In this document: piece after piece, positions 29,005 through 40,607 of the stretch
Numbering within the stretch: position 1 is the first letter of the stretch
Layout: each line of letters begins with the position of its first letter
Origin: an uncultured Chloroflexia bacterium
Lineage (GTDB): Bacteria; Chloroflexota; Limnocylindria; Limnocylindrales; CSP1-4
Direction of reading: 5' to 3'
DNA: 64,000 nucleotides
Assembly: GCA_963813335.1 (NCBI GenBank)
Contig: CAWEYL010000001.1
Span: forward strand, 352,001 to 416,000
Notes under the pieces: model-generated
Databases searched by the model: none
Seen by the model: the letters and a program-made list of their open reading frames with translations, nothing else
Told to the model about the DNA's origin: nothing
Made by a program: the position numbers and the translations under genes

Positions 29005-31795
29005 ATGGCTACCGCGACCCCAGCCGCCGACCGCCCGCATCGCGCGGCGAAGCGCTACATCTACGCCTGGGGCGATGGCCGCGCGGAGGGCAATGCCCAG
29101 ATGCGCGACCTGCTGGGCGGCAAGGGCGCCGGGCTCGCGGAGATGACCATCGCCGGGCTCCCGACCCCGCCCGGGTTCACGATCACGACCGAGGCCTGCA
29201 ACGACTACTTCGCCGCCGGCGAGCGGCTGCCCGACGGGCTGTGGGACGACGTCCTCGATGCCGTCCGCGAGGTCGAGAAGAGCACCGGCAAGGGGTTCGG
29301 CGATGTCGCCAACCCGCTCCTCGTGAGTGTCCGCTCCGGCGCCAAGTTCTCGATGCCCGGGATGATGGACACGGTCCTCAACCTCGGCCTGAACGAGGCG
29401 ACGCTGCACGGGCTGATCGCGCTGACCGGCAACGAGCGGTTCGGCTGGGACGCCTACCGGCGCTTCATCCAGATGTTCGGCCGGATCGTGCTGGAGGTCT
29501 CCGGCGAGCGCTTCGACCACGCCCTGGACACGGCCAAGACGGCGCACGGCGCGAAGCAGGACACCGACCTGGACGCGGCCGCGCTGCAGGCCCTCGTCGG
29601 CGAGTTCAAGGCGATCGTCAAGGCCGACACCGGCCGCGACTTCCCCGAGGACCCGGACGAGCAGCTGGACCTCGCGATCAAGGCGGTCTTCGCCTCGTGG
29701 TTCGGCAAGCGCGCCCGCGACTACCGCAAGAACCAGGGGATCGCCGACGACCTCGGGACCGCGGTCAACGTCGTGACGATGGTCTTCGGCAACATGGGCG
29801 ACGACTCGGGCACCGGCGTCGCCTTCACCCGCGACCCCAACACCGGGGAGAAGGTCCTCTACGGCGAGTACCTGACCAACGCCCAGGGCGAGGACGTCGT
29901 CGCCGGCATCCGGACCGCGCCGAAGATCGCCCAGATGTCGACCGACATGCCCGCGGTCTATACCGAGTTCCAGCGCATCGGCGAGCAGCTCGAGAAGCAC
30001 TACCGCGACGTCCAGGACCTCGAGTTCACCATCGAGCGCGGCCGGCTGTACATGCTCCAGACCCGCTCGGCCAAGCGGACCGCCGCCGCCGCGGTGCGGA
30101 TCGCGGTCGACATGGTCGACGAGGGCACCATCACCAAGGAAGAGGCGATCGCCCGGATCGAGCCCGCGCACGTCGACCAGCTCCTGCGCGACCAGTTCGA
30201 CCCCGCCGGCCTGGCGGCGGCGACCCGCGTCGCCAAGGGCCTGAACGCGTCCCCCGGTGCGGCCGTCGGCCGCGCTGTCTTCAGCGCCGACACGGCGGTC
30301 GAGTGGGTCGGCCGCGGCGAGCAGGTCGTGCTCGTCCGCATCGAGACCTCGCCCGACGACTTCCACGGCATGGCCGTGGCGCAGGGGATCCTCACCGCCC
30401 GCGGCGGCGCGACCTCGCACGCGGCGGTCGTCGCCCGCCAGATCGGCAAGCCGTGCGTCGCCGGTTGCGCCGAGCTCGTCGTCGACTACGGCTCGAAGAC
30501 CGCGCGGAGCACCGATTCCGGCGCCGCGTTCAGCGAAGGCGACTGGATCAGCGTCGACGGCGCGACCGGCCAGGTCTACCTGGGCGCGCTCCCGACCGTC
30601 TCCGCGCGGTTCGAGGACCAGCCCGACCTCCAGCGCGTCCTCGGCTGGGCCGACGGCATCCGCCGGATGGGCGTCTGGACCAACGCGGACAAGCCCGAGG
30701 AGGCCGCCCAGGCGCGCAGCTACGGCGCCGAGGGGATCGGCCTCTGCCGGACGGAGCACATGTTCCGCGAGGGCGAGCGGCTCGAGATCGTGCGCGACGC
30801 GATCCTGGTCGCCAACGTCGCCACCCGGGCCAAGGCCAAGGCTGCGTCCGGCGAGCCGCTCGACGAGGACGAGGCCGCCGCCGTCACCCGGTTCGACGCG
30901 GCGATGGCCAAGCTCGAGGTCCTCCAGCAGGGCGACTTCGAGGGCATCTTCAAGGCGATGGACGGGCTGCCCGTGGTGGTCCGCCTGATCGACCCGCCGC
31001 TGCACGAGTTCCTCCCGAACCTCGAGGAGCAGCTGGTCAAGGTCACCCGGGCGGAGATGACGGGCGGCGCATCCGAGGAGGACAAGGAACTGCTCGCGAC
31101 CATCAAGTCGCTGCATGAGCAGAACCCGATGCTCGGCCTCCGTGGCTGCCGCCTGGGCCTGATGATCCCGGACTTCGTGAAGATCCAGACCCGGGCCATC
31201 CTGAACGCCCAGATCGCGGTCGAAGCGGGCCGGCGGCCACCCGATCGCCAAGATCATGATCCCGCTCGTCGGGCACGTGAACGAGCTGGCCGCCACGCGG
31301 GCGCTGCTCGAGGCCGAGGCCCGCGCGGTGCAGGCCAAGGCCGGTGAGGCCGGCGCCGGGGTCGACTACAAGTTCGGCACGATGATCGAGGTGCCGCGCG
31401 GCGCCCTGACCGCCGACGAGATCGCGAAGGAGGCCGACTTCTTCAGCTTCGGCACCAACGACCTGACCCAGATGACGTTCGGCTACAGCCGCGACGACGC
31501 CGAGGGCGGCTTCCTCCTGAAGTACGTGGAGGAGGGCATCCTCCCGGTCAACCCGTTCCAGACCCTCGACGACGCGGTCGCGGGGCTCATGAAGACGGCC
31601 GTCGACAAGGGCCGCTCCACGAAGCCCGGGCTCGAGCTCGGGATCTGCGGCGAGCACGGCGGCGACCCCGCCTCGATCGCCAAGTGCGAGCGGATCGGGC
31701 TCGACTACGTCTCGTGCTCACCGTTCCGCGTCCCGGTCGCGCGGCTGGCCGCGGCGCAGGCAGCGCTGACCAGCGCGGCCGAACGCGACAAGTAG
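29005..31795 (+). CDS. ppdK: Pyruvate phosphate dikinase (frameshift near 31220-31250)
   Basis: [58 protein letters not shown]. Confidence 0.95.
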
Positions 31796-31799
31796 GCCC

Positions 31800-33239
31800 G
31801 TGGCGCCGGACGCGCCGACCGCGCCGGACACGCCGACCGCGGAGGCGGTCGTCTCGGACGCGCCCGCCCGGCTGCCGCACCGGGTGGTGGTGGTCGGCGG
31901 CGGCTTCGCGGGGCTCTACGCCGCGCGGAGCCTGGGCATCGACCCCGAAGTCCGCGTGACCCTCGTCGACCGCCGCAACTTCCACCTGTTCCAGCCGATG
32001 CTGTACCAGGTCGCGACGGGCGTCCTGTCGCCGGCCGAGATCGCCCAGCCGCTGCGCGCGATCCTGCGCAAGCGGCGCAACACGACGGTCATCCTCGGCG
32101 AGGCCACGGGCATCGACCTCGAGCGGCGCCGGGTGGTCCTGTCCGACGGCGGGCCGATCGAGTACGACACCCTGATCGTCGCGACCGGCGCACGCCACTC
32201 CTACTTCGACCATCCCGAATGGGCGATGCTCGCGCCGGGGCTCAAGACCATCGAGGACGCGACCGAGATCCGGCGCCGGATCCTCATCGCCTTCGAGGCC
32301 GCCGAGCGGGAGGCCGATCCCGACCGCCGTCGCGAGTGGATGACGTTCGTGCTCGTCGGCGGCGGACCGACCGGGGTCGAGCTGGCCGGGGCGCTCGGCG
32401 AGATCGCCCGCCAGTCGCTCCGGCACGACTTCCGATCGATCCATCCCGAGGACGCCCGGATCGTCCTCGTCGAGGCGATGGATCGCATCCTGCCGCCGTA
32501 CCCGCCGGACCGCTCGGCCTCGGCGCAGCGCCAGCTCGAGCGGCTGGGCGTGACCGTGCGGACGTCGACCCGCGTCATCGACATCGACGAGCGGCAGGTG
32601 CGCGTGGTCTCCGCCGCGGGTGAGGAATCGATCCCGACGCGGACCGTCCTCTGGGCGGCCGGCGTCACGGCCTCCACCTTCGCGCGGACCGTGGCGAAGG
32701 CCGCCGGCGCGGAGACCGACCGTGCCGGCCGGGTGCTGGTCGGGCCGGACCTGACCCTGCCCGGCCATCCCGAGGTCTTCATCGTGGGCGACGCCGCGGT
32801 GGAGCCGTGGCAGGAGGGCAAGCCCACGCCCGGCGTCGCCCAGGGCGCGATCCAGGGCGGCTCGTACGCGGCGAAGGTCATCCGGCGGCGCGTGCTCGGG
32901 CGGCCACACGACCCCTTCCGCTACAGCGACCACGGCGACGTCGCCGTCATCGGTCGGCTGTCCGGTGTCACCAACATCGGATGGCTCGGCCCGTTCGGGC
33001 GGCAGGGCGGCTTCACCGCTTGGCTCCTCTGGCTGGGCATCCACATCACCTACCTGATCGGGTTCGCGAACCGGATCGTGGTGCTCGTCCGCTGGGGCTG
33101 GACGTTCCTCACCCACGGCCGGAGCACGCGCCTGATCACGGGCCAGGCGCTGCTGCCGCCGATCGAGGAGCCGGAGCCGCCGGCGCTGGCACCCCTCGAC
33201 GAGGAGACCGTGGCCGACCGGGACCTGGCCGGAGCCTAG
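31800..33239 (+). CDS. ndh: Type II NADH dehydrogenase (NAD(P)/FAD-dependent oxidoreductase)
   Basis: GGGFAG, FQPMLYQVATG, GGGPTGVELAG, WAAGV, WLGIH. Confidence 0.88.
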   Translation: MAPDAPTAPDTPTAEAVVSDAPARLPHRVVVVGGGFAGLYAARSLGIDPEVRVTLVDRRNFHLFQPMLYQVATGVLSPAEIAQPLRAILRKRRNTTVILGEATGIDLERRRVVLSDGGPIEYDTLIVATGARHSYFDHPEWAMLAPGLKTIEDATEIRRRILIAFEAAEREADPDRRREWMTFVLVGGGPTGVELAGALGEIARQSLRHDFRSIHPEDARIVLVEAMDRILPPYPPDRSASAQRQLERLGVTVRTSTRVIDIDERQVRVVSAAGEESIPTRTVLWAAGVTASTFARTVAKAAGAETDRAGRVLVGPDLTLPGHPEVFIVGDAAVEPWQEGKPTPGVAQGAIQGGSYAAKVIRRRVLGRPHDPFRYSDHGDVAVIGRLSGVTNIGWLGPFGRQGGFTAWLLWLGIHITYLIGFANRIVVLVRWGWTFLTHGRSTRLITGQALLPPIEEPEPPALAPLDEETVADRDLAGA

Positions 33240-34591
33240 GCGCCCGGCAGCTCGATCCGGAACGTGGTGCCGGTCGACCCGGTGTGCTCGACCACGATCG
33301 TTCCCCGGTTCGCCGCGAGGAGCTCCCGCGCGATGGTGAGCCCGAGGCCGCTCCCGGTCGCGCCGGCCGGTCGCGGGATCGACGGCCCGGGCAGGGTCGG
33401 CGCGGTAGAAGCGCTCGAAGACGTGGGGGACGTCGTCCGGCGCGATCCCGGGGCCCTCGTCCGCGACACGGAGCGCGACCCTCGGGTCCTGGTCGTCGAC
33501 GACCGGTCCGATCTGGCCGGCTGAGACGGTGACGCGACCGCCCGCCGGGCTGTGCGCGATCGCGTTGCCGATGACGTTGCGCAGGACGCGCGACAGGTGA
33601 CCGGGGTCGACGGTGCCGCGCAGGCCGGCCGGGACCGCGACCACGAGCGCGACCCCGCGCTCGCGGCGGAGCCCGTCGAGCTCCATCTCGACGTCGTGGA
33701 CCGCCGCGTCGAGGTCGACCGCCGTCGGCTGCGCCTGGAGCGGCGCGGCCTCCGCGCTGGCGAGGTCGTTCAGCTCCGCCACGACGCTGCCGAGCGCCGA
33801 GGCGGCCGAGCGCGCGGCCTCGAGGTTCTCGCGGTCGGCCGGCACGACGCCATCGACCATCGCCTGGAGCTGCGACTCGAGGACGGTGGCCGGCGTCGCC
33901 AGGTCGTGCGCGATATCGCTGGCTGCCCGGCGCCGGAGCATCTCGGACCGGCTCGAGCCGGTCCGCCATGGTGTTGAACGCGGTCGCCAGCTCGGCGGAT
34001 TCGCGGTCGCCGCCGCCGGTGGCGCGGGCATCCGGATCGCCCGCCCCGAGCCGCCGGGCGGCGTCGGTCACATCGCGCACCGGGCGGGTGAGCCGGTCCG
34101 CGACGATGGCCGACGCCAGCGCGATGCCGATCACGCTGAGGACGCCGCCGAGGATCAGCGCGGCGTTGAACAGCGGCAGGAACCCGCGGTCGCTGACACG
34201 CGCCGGCAGGTCGGCCTCCAGCGTCCCGAGCGCGCTCCCGTCCGCCGCTTCGATCGGCGAGGTGAAATGGACGACGTCGCCCTCGGGCGCCTTGCCGAAC
34301 GCGTACGAGGGTCGTGCCGTCGGGGCTCACGACACGGACCTCGCCACCCAGGTTCGTCGCGAGCCGGCGGACCACCGCCTGGGCGCGGACGGGGCGGTCG
34401 AGCCGGTCGGAGAGGTTGGACGCCGCGTCGTCGAGGCGCTGCTGCTGCTGATCCTCCAGGACGGTCTGGAACCCGTTGCTGACCACGCGGTTGACGACGA
34501 GCCCGGTGATGAGGAGGACGCCGAGCACGATCGCCCCGAGGATGAGCCCGAGCCGCGCCCCGAGCGACAGGCGGCGCGAGGCCCCGGTCAT
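33236..34591 (-). CDS. HAMP-domain sensor histidine kinase (several frameshifts)
   Basis: HAMP (FNTMADRLE), H-box AHDLATP, NVIGNA, DEGPGI, FERFYR, GSGLGL. Confidence 0.85.
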
Positions 34592-35326
34592 GCCTCGTCC
34601 CGCGTCGCGACCAGCCGATAGCCGACCTGCGGGATCGTCTCGATCAGCCACGGGTCGGCGGCATCGTCCCCGAGCTTGCGCCGCAGGTTCGCGACGTGGA
34701 CGTCGACCACGCGGTCGTAGACGTCGTCGGGGCGACGCGTGACCGCGTCGAGCAGCTGCTCGCGCGACAGGACCGCGCCGGGATCGCGCGCGAGCGCGCA
34801 GAGCAGGCCGATCTCGCCCGGCGTGAGCCGGCCGGTCGAGCGGGCCGTCGGCGGAACTGAGCGTGAAGCGCCGGGTGACCTGGTCGACGGTCACCCGCCC
34901 ACCGGCCAGCGACAGCGCCCCGGGCGTCGTCGGGCCGGCGCCAGACCGGCTGGTCCGCCGCAGGATCGCGGCGACCCGGGCCGTCAGCTCGTGCGGGTTG
35001 AAGGGCTTGGCGAGGTAGTCGTCGGCGCCCATCCGCAGGCCGGCGATGCGCTCGGCGTCGGAGCGCTTCGCCGAGGCGATCAGCACGGGGATGTCCGTCG
35101 AGGCCCGGATGGCCTCGAGGACGGCCTCGCCGCCGAGGCCGGGCAGCATCAGGTCGAGCACGACGAGGTCGATGGGCGCGTCGTCGCTCGCGTCGACCGC
35201 CTCGATCGCGGCTCGGCCATCGCCGACCACGGTCACGGCATGGCCGTCGCGCTCGAGGTAGAGCCGCAGCAGGTCGCGCAGGCGCGGCTCGTCCTCGACG
35301 ACCAGGATATGGGCACGTGCCGGCAT
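34588..35326 (-). CDS. OmpR/PhoB-family response regulator (frameshift near 34835)
   Basis: ILVVEDE, LDLMLP, GADDYLAKPF, VDVHVANLRRKLG, GYRL. Confidence 0.88.
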
Positions 35327-35465
35327 GGGCGGCATCCTAGCGGGGCGGCTGTTCAGGAGTCGTGAAGACCGGCCCGGGTCTCCACACACGTTCTTGATGG
35401 CCGGGTCCGAACCTGTGGCCACGGCACGACCGATCCAGGGTCGTGCGTCGCAGGGGACCACACGA

Positions 35466-36158
35466 ATGTCCAAGCTCCGTCTCGCCGGCTTCTCCGGCGC
35501 CCTGGTCGTCGCCGCGATCGTCGGCGGGACCGTCATCAACGCGGTGTCCGCCGCGCCGGGCCACGGTCCCGCCGGACCCGCCACCGTGCCGGCGGCCGCA
35601 CCGACCGCGCCCACGACCGGCGCTTCCGCCGAGTACTGCGCGACGTTCCGGGCCGCGTTCGCCAAGGAGCTCGGCGTCACCGAGGATGCGTTGCAGACCG
35701 CCGCGAAGAACGCCCTCGCCGCCACCATCGACAAGGCCGTCGCCGACGGCGACCTGACCAAGGCGGCCGCCGACCGGCTCAAGGCACGAGTGGCCGCCGC
35801 CCCGGCCGACGGCTGCAAGCTCCTCGCCGGCTACCAGCAGCGGATCGCCAAGGCGGCCCGCGGCGCGCTCGGCGTCATCCGCGACGGCTTCGAGGCCGGC
35901 GCCAAGGCCCTTGGCATGCCCGCGGCCGACGTCCGGGCCGCGCTCAAGGACGGCAAGACCCTCAAGGACCTCGCCACGACCCAGAAGGTCGACTACTCGA
36001 CGGTCAGCGCCGCGATCGTCGCCGCGGTGAAGGCGGACCTCGACAAGGCGGTCGCCGATGGGACCATCAAGCAGGCCCGCGAGGACCGGGTCCTCGACCG
36101 CCTGACCAAGGCGCTCGCGGACGGGCGCCTGCGGCCGGCCGCCACGCCGGCCGGCTGA
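35466..36158 (+). CDS. Secreted Ala-rich helical protein, unknown function
   Basis: Signal peptide MSKLRLAGFSGALVVAAIVGG; duplicated DKAVADG motif. Confidence 0.75.
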   Translation: MSKLRLAGFSGALVVAAIVGGTVINAVSAAPGHGPAGPATVPAAAPTAPTTGASAEYCATFRAAFAKELGVTEDALQTAAKNALAATIDKAVADGDLTKAAADRLKARVAAAPADGCKLLAGYQQRIAKAARGALGVIRDGFEAGAKALGMPAADVRAALKDGKTLKDLATTQKVDYSTVSAAIVAAVKADLDKAVADGTIKQAREDRVLDRLTKALADGRLRPAATPAG

Positions 36159-36355
36159 CCGGCGACCGCACCAGACCGGGGCCGTCGGCACCATTCGACG
36201 GTCCCGGTTACGCTACGCACCGGTTCCTCGTCCTATTCCGTTGACCGCCGACCGTCCCCTCATCGATGGTACGGAAGTCCTGGCCGCTCGGCCGGGACGC
36301 GGATCGGGGTCGGGGCCCCGATCATCCCTCATCCTCCCTGCCTGCGACGAGACCG

Positions 36356-39300
36356 ATGACCTCCGCCAGACGCCACCTCAGCGCGGTCGCCGCGCTCGCG
36401 CTCACCGCGATGCTGCTGCCGCTCAGCGCGAGCACGGTCGCAGCCGAGTCCGGGGCGACCGTCCCGTCCGGGTTCCGCGACGAGCTCGTGTGGGGCGAGC
36501 CTGCCCGATCATCCGATGGTGGTGTCCTTCGCCCCCAGCGGAAAGGTCTTCGTGGCCCTCAAGGGCGGGGTCATCAACGAGTACGACAGCCTGACCGACG
36601 CCACGGCGACCCAGCTCGTGAACCTGGCGCCCGAGGTCGACAACTACTGGGACCGCGGCCTCATGGGGATGGTCGTGGACCCGCAGTTCCCGACCCGCCC
36701 GTATGTCTACGCCCTGTACGCGTACGACCACCAGCTGGGCGATCCGCCCGGTGCGAAGTGGGGCGACGCCTGCCCGACGCCGAACCCTGGCGGCAACACC
36801 GACGGCTGCATGATCTCGGGCAAGCTCGTCCGGCTGACGACGAACTCGGCCGGGACGTCGGTCAGCAGCACCAAGACCCTGATCGAGGACTGGTGCCAGC
36901 AGTACCCCAGCCATTCGCTCGGCAGCCTGGCCTTCGGTCCGGAGGGCGCGCTGTACGTCACCTCCGGCGACGGCGCCAGCTTCAACGGACCGGACACCGG
37001 CGACGAGGGCGGCTCCTTCGGCGGCTCGTCGATCACGCCGGTCAACCCGTGCGGCGACCCGACGAACGAGGGCGGCGCCCTGCGCTCGCAGGACATCCGC
37101 ACGACCGGCGACCCCCTGGGCCTCGACGGGACGGTCCTGCGCATCGACCCGGACACCGGGCGCCGCCTGGCCGGACAACGCGAACTTCGGGAGCGGCAGC
37201 GCCAACGCCCAGAAGGTCATCGCCTACGGCCTGCGCAATCCCTTCCGGATGACGATGCGCCCGAACGGCAAGGTCTGGCTCGGCGACGTGGGGTTCACGA
37301 ACTGGGAGGAGATCGACACCATCCCGGACGCCAGACGCGGCGCCGCGCAACTTCGGCTGGCCGTGCCGGGAGGGCAACGTCGCCACGCCGCAGTACGCCG
37401 GCCTGGACATCCCGCTCTGCACCAGCCCGCCGGCGCTCGCCGGCCCGGCCTACACGTACAACCACGCCGACACCGTCACCAACGACGACTGCGGGACCGG
37501 CAGCTCGTCGATCTCGGGCATCGCCTTCCGCACGACCGCGGGCAACTACCCGAGCAAGTACGACAACGGCCTGTTCTTCGCCGACTACACGCGCCGCTGC
37601 ATCTGGTTCGCCCCGGCCTCGAGCGGGACCGCGAACCCGGACTTCACGTCGATCGAGCAGTTCGCCAACCTGCGCCGGTCGAGCGACACCAGCGGCGGCG
37701 CGGTCTACGTCGGCGTGACTCCGGCCGGCGACGTCATCTACGCCGACTACGACCGCCAGGAGATCCGGGCGATCCACTACAACGCCGCGCTGCCGCCCAA
37801 CGCCGCGTTCACCGCGACCCCCACGTCCGGCCCGGCTCCGCTCGACGTCGACTTCGACGCCAGCGCGTCCAACGACCCGAACGGCGACCCCATGACGTTC
37901 GACTGGGACTGGAACAACGACGGCGTGTACGACGACAGCGGCGTGACCCAATCGCACACGTTCACGACCCTCGGCAACGTCACGGTCCGCCTGCGGGTGA
38001 CCGCGGGCGGCGAGTCACGACACCGCCTCCCGGGTCATCAACGTGGGGAACACGCCACCCACGCCGACGATCTCCACCCCGGCGTCCTCGCTGACCTGGA
38101 GCGTCGGCCAGTCGATCTCGTTCTCCGGGACCGCGAACCGACACCCAGGATGGGACGTTGGCCGCCTCGAAGTTCACGTGGACCCTCGCCGTCGAGCACT
38201 GCCCGTCGAACTGCCACGAGCACATCATCCAGACGTTCACGGGGGTCAAGAGCGGGACGTTCGGCGCCCCCGACCATGATTACCCGTCGTACATCCGGCT
38301 CTACCTCAAGGTCACCGACAGCGGCGGCCTGAGCACGACCGTCTCGCGCGACCTCCAGCCCAAGACCAGCACGATCGACGCCGTGTCGGTGCCGGCCGGG
38401 GTCACCCTCGGGATCAACGGCAACACCGGCGACCCGCCGCCGACCGGCACGGGCATCGTCGGGTCGCACCTGACGGTCACGGCACCGTCGTCGGTGAGCT
38501 TCGGCGGCGAGGACGTCTACTCGTTCAGCAAGTGGTCCGACGGTGGTGCCCGCAACCACGCGGCCAAGATCAACCTCGCGCCGACGACGCTGACGGCCAC
38601 CTACAAGAAGACCTCCGGTGACGCCTCGGGCACCTGCAGCGGCGCGACGACGGTCAGCACGTCCGGGGCGTGGCGGACCGGCCTGCTGACCACGGATACC
38701 GACGTCGACTGGTACAAGTTCTCGCTGACGTCGTCGGCCACGATGCGGATCATCCTCGGCAACCTGCCGGAGGACGCCAGCCTGAGCCTGTACAGCGGCT
38801 GCTCCAAGCTGCTGGTCACGTCCGACCGCGGGGGTACGCAACACCGAGGAGATCTTCAAGAGCCTCGCCAAGGGCAGCTACTCGATCAAGGTGACGACCA
38901 AGGGCACCGCGTCGACGGACCCGTACTCGCTGAACATCCGCAAGATGGCCTCCGGCCTGAGCGTCGTGACCAGCTCGTCGCGCGTCGACGGTTCGTCGCT
39001 GATCACCGTCGGCGAGGTCTACAACGGCACCTCGGGCGCGCAGGGGCCATCGGTGATCACGGCCAAGCTCTACAACGCCGCCGGCAAGCTCCTCGCGACG
39101 CGCACGGGCCGGACCGACATGTCCGTCCCGAAGGGCGCGCGGATCCCGTTCCGGATCGTCGGCAGCGTGCCGGCCGGCTGGGCCAAGACCGTGGTCACGG
39201 TCGCTGGCGTGGCCACCAGCCAGACGCTGGTCAACCTGACGTTCTCGGGCGTCACCATGGGCTACGACACGTCGCGCCTCCGGGTGACCGGCACCGTGCG

Positions 39301-39496
39301 CTCGAGCGTGGCGGTGAGCTCCTACCGGGTGATGATGACCACCTACAACCGCGTCGGGACGGTGGTCGACGTGGCCCGTGCGGCCCTTGGCGCCAGCACG
39401 CTGGCGGCCGGTGCGTCGACGACCTTCGACGCCTGGTCGAGCTACGACGGCACGGTCGACCGGGCGACGCTGAAGTCGGTGGGGATCAAGAAGTAA
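36356..39496 (+). CDS. Secreted PQQ-dependent sugar dehydrogenase (GSDH) with PKD and C-terminal beta domains (several frameshifts)
   Basis: Signal peptide, DRGLMG..VDP, HSLGSLAFGPEGALYVTSGDG, YGLRNPFR, PKD (FDASASNDP..WDW), DVDWYKF, AKLYNAAG. Confidence 0.8.
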
Positions 39497-40607
39497 CCAC
39501 CTGGCGGAGGCCGTCACCGGCGCGCAGCCGCTCGAAGCCCGCTTCCAGCTCGTCGAGGCCGATGCGCCGATCGATGATCCGGTCCACCGGCAGCCAGCCG
39601 TCGAGGTGCAGCTGCGCGTAGCGCGGCAGGTCGACCGCCGGGTCGGCGAACCCGTAGTTCGATCCCAGGATCCGCCGACTGCCGTCCACGAACGGGTAGA
39701 CCGCGAAGGACGCCCGCGCGTCGACCGGGGTCATGCCGACCAGGACCGCCGTGCCGCCCAGCGGCAGGCTCTCGATGGCCAGTTCGACCGTCTCGACCCG
39801 GCCGATGGCCTCGAAGACGAAGTCCGGGCCGCCGTCCGTCAGCTCGCGCAGCGCGGCGACGGTCGCGGCCGTGTCGGAAGCGGCGAGGATGGCGTCCGTC
39901 GCCCCGATCCCGCGTGCCGTGTCCAGCTTGGCGGCGACCCGGTCGATCGCCACGATCCGGGAGGCGCCGGCCAGCACCGCGCCCATGACGCACGACAGCC
40001 CCACGCCGCCGAGCCCGACGACGGCGACGCTCGCCCCGCGCGGGACCTCGGCCGTCTTCTGGACCGCCCCGACCCCGGTCGTCACGCAGCAGCCGATCAG
40101 GGCCGCGACGGCCGGGTCGATGCCGTCCGGGATCGGGATGGCGGCCTCGCGCGGCACGACCGTCGCCTCGGCCATGGTCGCGATCCCGCAGTAGCTCAGG
40201 ACCTCGCGGTCGTCCGCGTCGCGCACGACCGTCGCGCCGTCGAGCATCCGGTGCCGGAAGGACGGGGAGTCCGGGCAGGCCCACGGCCGGCCCGCCCGAC
40301 AGGCGCGGCAGACGCCGCACGGGATCAGCCAGGACAGGGCGACCGGCTGGCCCACGTGCCGGTCGGTGACCCCGGGTCCCACGGCCTCGATGATCCCGGC
40401 GCCCTCGTGCCCCATCACCACGGGGAGCGGCCGCGGCCAGTCGCCGTCGCGGACGTGCAGGTCGGAATGGCAGACACCGGACGCGAGGATCCGGACCCGG
40501 ACCTCGCCGGCGCGCGGCGCGGCCAGGACCAGCGGCTCGATCCGGGCGGGCGTGCCGCCCTCGCGCAGCACCGCGCCGCGGATCCCGATCGGCGCGGCCG
40601 CGGCCAT
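39486..40607 (-). CDS. Zinc-binding alcohol dehydrogenase
   Basis: GVCHSD, GHEGAG, CGVCRAC..C, GCCVTTG, GLGGVG. Confidence 0.93.
   Translation of the reverse strand: MAAAAPIGIRGAVLREGGTPARIEPLVLAAPRAGEVRVRILASGVCHSDLHVRDGDWPRPLPVVMGHEGAGIIEAVGPGVTDRHVGQPVALSWLIPCGVCRACRAGRPWACPDSPSFRHRMLDGATVVRDADDREVLSYCGIATMAEATVVPREAAIPIPDGIDPAVAALIGCCVTTGVGAVQKTAEVPRGASVAVVGLGGVGLSCVMGAVLAGASRIVAIDRVAAKLDTARGIGATDAILAASDTAATVAALRELTDGGPDFVFEAIGRVETVELAIESLPLGGTAVLVGMTPVDARASFAVYPFVDGSRRILGSNYGFADPAVDLPRYAQLHLDGWLPVDRIIDRRIGLDELEAGFERLRAGDGLRQVVTS

Noticed and set aside
31200-31260. Programmed frameshift or split ppdK
   Set aside because: No slippery sequence; similar indels break many neighbouring genes, so an error is more likely
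31803-31838. 18-bp tandem duplication (APDAPT/APDTPT) at the ndh start
   Set aside because: Only two copies, in a low-complexity N-terminal extension
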